From assembly GCA_035574035.1 (NCBI GenBank), contig DATLZL010000216.1, forward strand, positions 1-32,737: DNA of 32,737 bases. The letters are read 5' to 3'. The notes under the pieces were generated by a model that saw only the letters and a list, made by a program, of their open reading frames with translations, searched no databases and was not told where the DNA came from. Source of the DNA: Candidatus Binatia bacterium. GTDB lineage: Bacteria > Methylomirabilota > Methylomirabilia > Rokubacteriales > CSP1-6. The translations under genes and the position numbers were made by a program. Positions 25,748 through 32,453 of the stretch are shown one piece after another (position 1 is the stretch's first letter; each line of letters opens with the position of its first letter).

Positions 25748-26703
25748 CGCTCGTCCCCCTCGCACCCGGTACGGGCACGCCGCGCCCCGCGCCGCACAAG
25801 CTCCCGGTACCTTTCCTCTCCGACCCGCACGTAGCGGTCGAGGTACTTCTCATACGCATCCGGCCTAGTGCCCGCTTCCACGTACGCGCGTAGGTGCCCC
25901 TCGTCGGGGTCGTACAGCGTGTGACTTCCCGTCGGGTGGGCGCCTCGCGGACACTCGACCACGGCGGTCACCAGGTACGAGGGCAACTTCGTCCGTTCGG
26001 GCACCCGCCGGATGGTCCGGGTTGGGACCAGACGGTCGACGCTCACAACGACGCGCCGCGCGGCCATGGCCAGCAGGGGGTCGAAGAACGCGCCACCCAG
26101 CAGTTGCGCGTTCCCGTACTCGTCAGCCTGCTGGGCGTGGACGAGTACGACGTCCAGGCGGATCGGCGGAACGGCGAGCAGGCGACGGCCGTCTACTGCC
26201 GGGAGGGGTCGGTACCACTCCGGGTTGACCCGCGGCAAGTCCGTTCCCACGTCGAAAATCGGCACATACGGCAGGCCGTCCGCTGCGGCCCGGAGCCCGG
26301 CGGCCAGTCCGGGTCCATCCATCTCCAGCACCTGGAGCGCCCCGGACTCGCTCCGGCGGCGGAAGTTCGGCGCAAATCCTAGGTGCTCGAACGTGATGAA
26401 GACGCAGAAGACCCGCGAGACCGAACCCGCGCCGATCAGCAGGTCGGGGCCGATGCTTCCCGGCGCCGGCACGAGCGTCAGGTCCCGTCGGCCCGCGCGC
26501 GCCAGGGCCCTCACCAGAGCCATGGGCGTGTTGTAGAAAATCCACCCACCCAGCCCCACGGTGGCGCCGTCCTCCACGAGCCTCACCGCATCATCCAGTG
26601 TCACGACCTTCCGACGCCGGACGGACAAAGGCCTCCCGACAGTACCCTCCGATTCGGCCGCAGGACCGGCGCCGCGAGCCCCGAGCGTACCGTGCGGATT
26701 CAT
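25744..26703 (-). CDS. Class I CoA-transferase, subunit A
   Basis: ATG at 26701-26703 overlaps the gntR stop as ATGA; a GTG at 26712 is an alternative start. Sequence: LDDAVRLVEDGATVGLGGWIFYNTPMALVRAL...VHAQQADEYGNAQL. Confidence 0.75.
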   Translation of the reverse strand: MNPHGTLGARGAGPAAESEGTVGRPLSVRRRKVVTLDDAVRLVEDGATVGLGGWIFYNTPMALVRALARAGRRDLTLVPAPGSIGPDLLIGAGSVSRVFCVFITFEHLGFAPNFRRRSESGALQVLEMDGPGLAAGLRAAADGLPYVPIFDVGTDLPRVNPEWYRPLPAVDGRRLLAVPPIRLDVVLVHAQQADEYGNAQLLGGAFFDPLLAMAARRVVVSVDRLVPTRTIRRVPERTKLPSYLVTAVVECPRGAHPTGSHTLYDPDEGHLRAYVEAGTRPDAYEKYLDRYVRVGEERYRELVRRGARRARTGCEGDER

Positions 26704-27395
26704 GTGCGCCACGACCGCCGCCGCGCTGTCCCGCGCAGCAACTGCTGGACTTCGATGATGTGGCGCCTCAGCTCCCGCTTCGCCGCGCGCCCGTTGCCGG
26801 TCAGCAGATGATTCAGGATCGTCCGGTGCGATGTGTGGGTGGCCGTCGACAGGCGCCGCGAACTGCCGACCTTGGTCAGCATGGGCTCGAAGATGTCCAG
26901 CAGCGCCCGGATCAGCAGTGGGTACACCGGGTTGCCTGTGGCCTCCGCGAGCTGGACGTGAAACTCGAAGTTCGCTCGGGAGCTCGCCACCAGATTCCCG
27001 GCCTTGAAGTCCGCCGTGGCGCGATCGATGGACTCCAGGATCCTGCGGAGCGCGGTCTTCGGCGGCTTGGCGGCCAGCGTATCGACGATGAGGGCCTCCA
27101 GGCCCAGACGGACCTCGGTGACCTGCTCAAGGGTGAACTCGCCGAAGCGCAGGAGGTCCGAGAGCGAGCGCGTCACCGCCTTGGTGTTGCGCATCTCCAC
27201 AAAGGCGCCGCCGCCCTTGCCTGGCCGGATGCGGATCAGGCCGCCCTGCTCCAGCACGCGCAGCGCCTCGCGGATGGCCCCGCGCCCCACCTGGAATTGC
27301 CGCACGAGTTCCCGCTCGGCTGGCAGCCGGTCCCCCTGACGGTAGCCCCCGTCCAGGATCGCCGCGCGCAGGTGTTCGACTACCTTCTCGAACAC
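26700..27395 (-). CDS. GntR-family regulator with FadR/FCD-type C-terminal domain
   Basis: 231 aa with a GTG start. wHTH: GDRLPAERELVRQFQVGRGAIREALRVLEQGGLIRIRPGKGGGAFV. It is the first gene of the cargo operon. Confidence 0.9.
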   Translation of the reverse strand: MFEKVVEHLRAAILDGGYRQGDRLPAERELVRQFQVGRGAIREALRVLEQGGLIRIRPGKGGGAFVEMRNTKAVTRSLSDLLRFGEFTLEQVTEVRLGLEALIVDTLAAKPPKTALRRILESIDRATADFKAGNLVASSRANFEFHVQLAEATGNPVYPLLIRALLDIFEPMLTKVGSSRRLSTATHTSHRTILNHLLTGNGRAAKRELRRHIIEVQQLLRGTARRRSWRT

Positions 27396-27425
27396 GCGCG
27401 GGCCTCGGAGCGCAGGAAACGCTGT

Positions 27426-27441
27426 GGTAATAGGTATGACC
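27426..27441. promoter_or_regulatory. Candidate GntR-type operator dyad GGTAATA-GG-TATGACC
   Basis: Imperfect palindrome (half sites GGTAATA / GGTCATA) 31 nt upstream of the gntR GTG, in an AT-rich gap. It has the GT-N-AC flavour of GntR-family operators. No experimental or comparative support. Confidence 0.3.
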
Positions 27442-27609
27442 TTTTTGGCTTGGGCTTCTTTGTATCCTAGACCCAGGGCCGTGTCAAGCCTCTCGTTAGG
27501 TGGCGTTGGTCTTTTCTCAGGAGAAGAAGGAAATGACGGAAAAACGCCACATCATGGGCCCTTGAACGAGCAGAATTTCTCGAAGCCGGAAGCCGGAGTA
27601 ACTCAATTC

Positions 27610-28040
27610 CTGTAACAGCGACGGCAGATCCCTCACGCACGGCGGTCCACTCATCCCACGTCCGCAGCGGCACCTGCTGGCGCAGGGCCTCCAGGGCGGG
27701 ATTGGCGCGGTGCGGCCGCCGCGAGCGGATGCGGTGAAAAATCCAGCTAAGAATGGGACCTCTCCCTGGGACCATCACCGGAGGTCAAGGAAAGGGGGAG
27801 CCCAGGGGGTGGAGCAGCCGGTCGAGGGGTGACCGGGCTGCCGGCCAAGAGCGCCTGCAGCACAGCTGGCGTGACCGGGAGCCCCTGGGTGCTGCTCCAG
27901 GCCGCGAGCAGCGGGGGTAGGACAGCCATGGGAGCATGCCGCACAGCCGGTCGCTGGCGAGCCAGAAGCGCTCAAGCACCGGCAGGAGCTCCGGGCCCGT
28001 AGCGGCGCGAGCGGCCCGGCCGCCGGTCGGCGGGCCGCGC
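27610..28040 (-). mobile_element. Heavily frameshifted remnant of the N-terminal part of a DDE (integrase-core type) transposase
   Basis: Fragments in three frames read RPGRSRRYGP / ELLPVLERFWLASDRLCG / LPPLLAAWSSTQGLPVTPAVLQALLAGSPVT / LDRLLHP / ALRQQVPLRTWDEWTAV. This order matches my memory of one transposase family's N-terminus. No catalytic domain follows and no terminal inverted repeats were identified. Confidence 0.35.
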
Positions 28041-28072
28041 CACGCCCCGCAGGATTAGGCAACGGCAAATGC

Positions 28073-28970
28073 TCCCTCCGGCGCATCGAAGACGCCGTCA
28101 ACCACCTGCGCGGCTTCTTCGGCACCATGCGCGCGGTCGACATTACCACCGACCGCATCCGCCCCTGCATCGCCTAGAGCTAGCTAGCGGCTCGCCAAGC
28201 GCCCCGGCAACGTCAAGAACCCGCCTTCGCCAAGACCACCAGCGCGGCCCCCGTCAACCGCGAACTGGCCGCCCTGTGGCGGATGTTCCGGGTTGCCTGC
28301 ACGATGGGCGGGTGGCGCGCCTGCCCCACATGCCGCTCCTCGGCGAGGACAACGCCCACGCCGGCTTCTTCGAGCGCGACCAGTACGAGGCCGTCCGGGC
28401 CGAGCTCCCGGAGCACCTGCGCCCCGTGACGGACTTCGCCTACCTAACCGGTTGGCGCATCGGCGAGATCCTCGGCTTGACCTGGCGCCAGGTCGACTTC
28501 TCGGCCGGGGTGGTCCGGCTGGAGGTGGGCACGACGAAGACGGGCGAGGGGCGGACGTTCCCCTTCGACCTCCTCCCGCCCCTCGGCGAGCTCCTCCAGC
28601 GACAGCGCGAGCACACCAGCGCCCTGGAGCGGGCCCCCGGGCGGATCATCCCCTGGGTCTTCCACAGCCACGGCGCCCCCATCCGCAGCTACCGCAGTGC
28701 CTGGGTCGGGGCACGGCGTCGTGCGGGGCTGCCCGGCCGGGTGCCGCACGACTTCCGGCGGACGGCCGTCTGCAACCTCGAACGTGCCGGGGTGCCCCGG
28801 TCGGTGGCCGTGAAGCTTACCGGGCATAAGACCGAGTCTGTCTACCGGCGTATGCCGTGGTGAGCGAGGGGGACCTCCGCGAGGGCGTCGCCAAGCTCGC
28901 CGCCCTGCACCGGGCCCAGGCCGATACGCCGGGAGCGTTCGTGTTCCTCGGGGCGCCCCGCACGAATTAG
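28073..28970 (+). pseudogene. Tyrosine recombinase (phage-type integrase), inactivated
   Basis: N-terminal SAM-like segment LRRIEDAVNHLRGFFGTMRAVDITTDRIRPCIA is followed by in-frame TAGs at 28175-28177 and 28181-28183. A frame change occurs before PHMPLLGEDNAHAGFFERDQYEAV. The catalytic region carries YLTGWRIGEI (Arg), HDFRRTA (HxxR) and GHKTESVYRR. A 1-nt frame change at the expected RY nucleophile gives a premature TGA at 28861-28863. The family-like tail VVSEGDLREGVAKLAAL continues in another frame to TAG 28968-28970. Confidence 0.75.
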
Positions 28971-28990
28971 GCAAGTAGTAGCTAAGTCGA
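28968..28990 (+). repeat. 23-nt direct repeat, copy 2 (TAGGCAAGTAGTAGCTAAGTCGA), 65 nt inside the right att repeat
   Basis: 21/23 identical to 17983-18005. It starts at the terminal TAG of the integrase remnant. Confidence 0.7.
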
Positions 28991-29055
28991 CCGCGGAATG
29001 AGGGCCGGGACCCGGGTGGGGCGCTTGGTAACCTGCGAGAAAACTGGGCGGGGTT

Positions 29056-29130
29056 TGGAGGCGGCGAGCGGATTCGAACCGCTGAATAGAGGTTTTGCAG
29101 ACCTCCGCCTTGCCACTTGGCTACGCCGCC
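29056..29130 (-). tRNA. tRNA-Cys (anticodon GCA), intact; its 3' 43 nt form the proximal att repeat
   Basis: Hand fold. Acceptor GGCGGCG/CGCCGCC. D arm GCC-AAGTGGCAA-GGC. Anticodon arm GAGGT-CTGCAAA-ACCTC. T arm AGCGG-TTCGAAT-CCGCT. Discriminator U, encoded CCA. Confidence 0.9.
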
Positions 29131-29149
29131 AGCCGACGGGGCGGGGCGC

Positions 29150-29224
<75 letters not shown>

Positions 29225-29278
29225 GTCCGGTCCCCTCCGACAGCCCCACATACTACCACGCGCCCGGCGGCCGTCCAG

Positions 29279-30283
29279 TCAGCCGGCCGCCTCGCGGAGC
29301 GAGGTGGCGGCGTCCTCGGGCGGCACCGGGTTGATGAAGAACCCGCTGCCCCACTCGAAGCCGGCCACCCGCGTCAGCTTCGGGATCACCTCCAGGTGCC
29401 AGTGGAACTCGTCGAGCGCCGGCTCCTGCAGCGGCGCGCTGTGGAGCATGAAGTTGTACGGCGGATCGCCGAGCACCCGGTTCAGGCGGCGGAGGAAGTC
29501 GCCCAGCACCCCGGCCAGCGCCCGCAGGTCGTCCGGCCCCGAGTCCTCGAAGTGGGAGCGGTGGCGCGTGGGCAGGATCCAGGTCTCGAACGGAAAGCGG
29601 GGGGCGAACGGCGCCAGCACCGCGTACTGGGGCGTCTCGGCGATCAGCCGCCGGCAGCCCCGCCGCTCCTCGCGCACGATGTCGCACCACACGCAGCGTT
29701 CCTTGATCGCGTAGTAGCGCAGCGCACCGGTCAGTTCCTCCGTCACCATGATGGGGATGATCGGCGTGGCGATGAGCTGGGAGTGCGCGTGCTCGAGCGA
29801 CGCCCCGGCTGCCTCGCCGTGGTTCTTGAAGACCAGGATGTACTGGAAGCGGGCGTCCTTCTTGAGATCGAGCATCCGCTCCCGGAAGGCCAGCAGCACC
29901 TCGGCCACCGCCTCGGTCGGGAGGCTGGCCAGCGTCGCGTCGTGGACCGGCGTTTCGATGACGACCTCGTGAGCGCCGATGCCCGACATGCGGTCGTAGG
30001 GACCTTCCCCGCTCGGCTCCAGCTCCCCCTCGATGCGGAGGGCCGGGAACTTGTTGGGGACCACACGGTACGTCCAGCCCGGCGTGTTCGGCGGGCTGCC
30101 TGGGGGCCGGCCGGCCAGGATCTCGGGCGGGGTCCGATCCTCGGACCCGGGACAGAACACGCAGCTGGTCAGGCGGGGCCGCACCGGCTCGGGCCCGAAG
30201 TCGCTCGGCCGCCGGGCCCGCTCGGCGGAGATGATGACCCAGCGTCCCACCACCGGGTCCTTGCGCAGCTCGGACGCCGTCAT
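29279..30283 (-). CDS. galT: Galactose-1-phosphate uridylyltransferase-like HIT-family nucleotidyltransferase
   Basis: Internal ATG (MTASELRKDP...) overlapping the gpsA stop as ATGA; 334 aa. Zn motif CVFCPG. NKFPAL. Active-site motif HAHSQL. The precise substrate is not inferable from sequence reading. Confidence 0.8.
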   Translation of the reverse strand: MTASELRKDPVVGRWVIISAERARRPSDFGPEPVRPRLTSCVFCPGSEDRTPPEILAGRPPGSPPNTPGWTYRVVPNKFPALRIEGELEPSGEGPYDRMSGIGAHEVVIETPVHDATLASLPTEAVAEVLLAFRERMLDLKKDARFQYILVFKNHGEAAGASLEHAHSQLIATPIIPIMVTEELTGALRYYAIKERCVWCDIVREERRGCRRLIAETPQYAVLAPFAPRFPFETWILPTRHRSHFEDSGPDDLRALAGVLGDFLRRLNRVLGDPPYNFMLHSAPLQEPALDEFHWHLEVIPKLTRVAGFEWGSGFFINPVPPEDAATSLREAAG

Positions 30284-31266
30284 CCGTCCTCGGCTCCCGC
30301 CGCCCGGTCGAGCAGCGCGGCCAGCGCCTGGCCGGGCGGCGTACCGCCGAAGAGCACCCGGTGCACCTCGACGCAGATCGGCAAGGTCACGCGGTGGCGC
30401 TCGCCCAGGGCCACCGCCGACGCGACGGTGCGTGCGCCCTCGGCGACCATCCGGGTCCGCCGCTCCACGCTGTCGCGGGTCTCGCCGCGCACCAGCGCCA
30501 GGCCGAGCGCGCGGTTGCGGGACAGGCTCCCCGTGCACGTGAGCACCAGGTCCCCGAGCCCGGCCAGGCCGGCCAGCGTGGCCGCCTGCCCGCCCATCGC
30601 CACCGCCAGGCGGGTGATCTCCGCCAGGCCGCGGGTGATCAGCGCCGCGCGGGCGTTCTCGCCCAGCCCCAGGCCGTCGGCCAGCCCGGTCGCGATGGCG
30701 ATGACGTTCTTCAGGGCGCCGCCGATCTCCACACCGACGACGTCCCGGTTGGTGTAGAGCCGGAACTCGCGCGTGCCGAGCACGCCCTGCAGGTGGGCGG
30801 TGAGCGCCGGATCGCCGGCGACCACGCAGGCGGTGGGCAAGCCCAGCGCCACCTCGCGGGCGAACGTCGGTCCCGAGAGCGCGGCGACCGGCGCGCCGGG
30901 GAAGCGCTCGGCGATGAGCTCGGTCATGCGCGCGTGGCGGACCGGGTCGAGGCCCTTGGCGGCCGAGACGAACGGCACCCCGCGCCCGACCGGCGGCAGG
31001 TCCTTGAGCGTGGCGGCGAAGAACTCCGACGGCACCGCGAGCAGGACGATCTCGGCTCCGGCCACCGCCTCCGCCTGGTCGGGAGTGGCGGTGAGACCCG
31101 CCGGGCACGGGATGTCGGTCAGGTAATAGGGATTGCGCCCCTCGCGCCGGATCCCGTCCACGACCTCGGGCTCCCGCGCCCAGAGGTGCACGGCATGCCC
31201 GGCGCGGGCCAGGTGGATCGCCAGCGCCGTGCCCCAGCTCCCACCGCCGACCACGGCGATGTTCAC
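30280..31266 (-). CDS. gpsA: NAD(P)H-dependent glycerol-3-phosphate dehydrogenase
   Basis: GTG start (VNIAVVGGGSWGTALA) overlapping the plsY stop as GTGA. Motifs: GPTFAREV, GGALKNVIAIATG. Confidence 0.9.
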   Translation of the reverse strand: MNIAVVGGGSWGTALAIHLARAGHAVHLWAREPEVVDGIRREGRNPYYLTDIPCPAGLTATPDQAEAVAGAEIVLLAVPSEFFAATLKDLPPVGRGVPFVSAAKGLDPVRHARMTELIAERFPGAPVAALSGPTFAREVALGLPTACVVAGDPALTAHLQGVLGTREFRLYTNRDVVGVEIGGALKNVIAIATGLADGLGLGENARAALITRGLAEITRLAVAMGGQAATLAGLAGLGDLVLTCTGSLSRNRALGLALVRGETRDSVERRTRMVAEGARTVASAVALGERHRVTLPICVEVHRVLFGGTPPGQALAALLDRAAGAEDG

Positions 31267-31862
31267 GCCCGCCGCGCTCCCAGGCGTCGCTCGGTGCCGG
31301 CCAGGAGCCGGGCGATGTTCTCGTGGTGACGGAAGATCACGATGGCCGCGCCGCCGGCGGCCGCGGCCACCACCGTCCACGGCGCACCCAGCCACAGCGC
31401 GCCCAGCGGCACGCAGAGCGCCCCGATGATGGAGCCGAGGGAGACGTAGCGGAACATCGTCGTCACCGCGAGCCAGACGAGCACCGCCGGCCCGACCGCC
31501 GCGGGCACGAGCCGCAGGAAGGCCCCGAGCCCGGTGGCCACGCCCTTGCCGCCGCGGAATCCGAGGAACACCGACCAGCCGTTGCCGACGATCGCCGCCA
31601 CCGCGCCGAGCGCCGGCGCCGCCGGCTCCCCCCCGCCGACGGCCTCCGCCGCGACGACGGCCAGGTAGCCCTTGGCCACGTCCCCCACCAGCGTGAGGAG
31701 CGCCGGCATCCGTCCCGCCGTCCGCAGCACGTTGGTGGCGCCGATGTTGCCGCTGCCGTGGTGGCGGATGTCGCCGATCCCCCAGGCCCGGGCCACCAGG
31801 AAACCGACCGGGACGGCGCCCACCAGGTAGGCCGTCAGGAAAGCCAGGAGCGTCAGGACCAC
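31263..31862 (-). CDS. plsY: Glycerol-3-phosphate acyltransferase PlsY
   Basis: GTG start (VVLTLLAFL...); 199 aa. Motifs: HGSGNIGATNVLR, GGKGVATGLG. The upstream part of the track ORF overlaps pgsA out of frame. Confidence 0.85.
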   Translation of the reverse strand: MVLTLLAFLTAYLVGAVPVGFLVARAWGIGDIRHHGSGNIGATNVLRTAGRMPALLTLVGDVAKGYLAVVAAEAVGGGEPAAPALGAVAAIVGNGWSVFLGFRGGKGVATGLGAFLRLVPAAVGPAVLVWLAVTTMFRYVSLGSIIGALCVPLGALWLGAPWTVVAAAAGGAAIVIFRHHENIARLLAGTERRLGARRA

Positions 31863-32422
31863 CGCTCCTCGCCGGGGACGATAGCCCGATAGTCCGCCTT
31901 GCGGAAGAACCGGTAGAAGTAGTCCGCCGCCGAGACCAAGGTCAGCACCAGCGCCGCCCACAGCACGGCGGTGGCCGCGGCGTGGAAGGCGACCGACCCG
32001 ACGCCCTTCTCGATGATCAACATGGTGATGGCGACATACTGACTCACCGTCTTCCACTTCGCCAGCCGCGAGGCGGGGACGATGACGCCGACGCCGGCGG
32101 CGACCGCCCGCAGCCCCGTGACGGCGAGCTCGCGGCCGATGATCACCACCACCATCCAGGGGGCGATCTTGTCGATGGCCAGCAGCGACACCAGGGCCGC
32201 CGCCACCAGCAGCTTGTCGGCGATGGGATCGAGCAGCGTGCCCAGCGTCGTCACCTGGTTGCGGCGGCGGGCCAGCACGCCGTCGAGCCAGTCGGTCACC
32301 GAGGCCAGGATGAAGATCGCGGCCGCGATGGCGGCGTGCACGCGGGACGACGAGATGAGGAACATGATGAGCAGCGGGGCGGCCACGATTCGCGTGACCG
32401 TGAGACCGATGGGCAGGTTCAC
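31853..32422 (-). CDS. pgsA: CDP-diacylglycerol--glycerol-3-phosphate 3-phosphatidyltransferase
   Basis: GTG start at VNLPIGLTVTR (residue 21 of the track ORF). CDP-alcohol phosphatidyltransferase motif DWLDGVLARR..TLGTLLDPIADK. Confidence 0.85.
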   Translation of the reverse strand: MNLPIGLTVTRIVAAPLLIMFLISSSRVHAAIAAAIFILASVTDWLDGVLARRRNQVTTLGTLLDPIADKLLVAAALVSLLAIDKIAPWMVVVIIGRELAVTGLRAVAAGVGVIVPASRLAKWKTVSQYVAITMLIIEKGVGSVAFHAAATAVLWAALVLTLVSAADYFYRFFRKADYRAIVPGEERWS

Positions 32423-32453
32423 GCCGGCACCCTGCGCACGGGCAGCGCAGGCA

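Larger units (their letters stand above)
17816..29098. mobile_element. Integrated genomic island of about 11.2 kb in tRNA-Cys, apparently immobilised
   Basis: Flanked by 43-nt perfect direct repeats of the tRNA-Cys 3' part. A tyrosine-integrase remnant sits next to the intact tRNA. My hand counts on single 60-nt lines gave about 55-72% GC inside (four lines, three of them 55-67%) versus about 73-78% in two flank lines. Alternative-frame shadow ORFs are much shorter inside than outside. Confidence 0.75.

Noticed and set aside
28175-28183. The idea that the two in-frame TAGs of the integrase are read through or recoded, or that the frame change near 18335 is programmed
   Set aside because: The same gene carries additional frame changes, including one at the catalytic tyrosine, and has lost its N-terminus. 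Neighbouring island genes are also broken. Generalised decay is the simpler explanation, and no slippery-site or stimulatory-structure pattern was evident.
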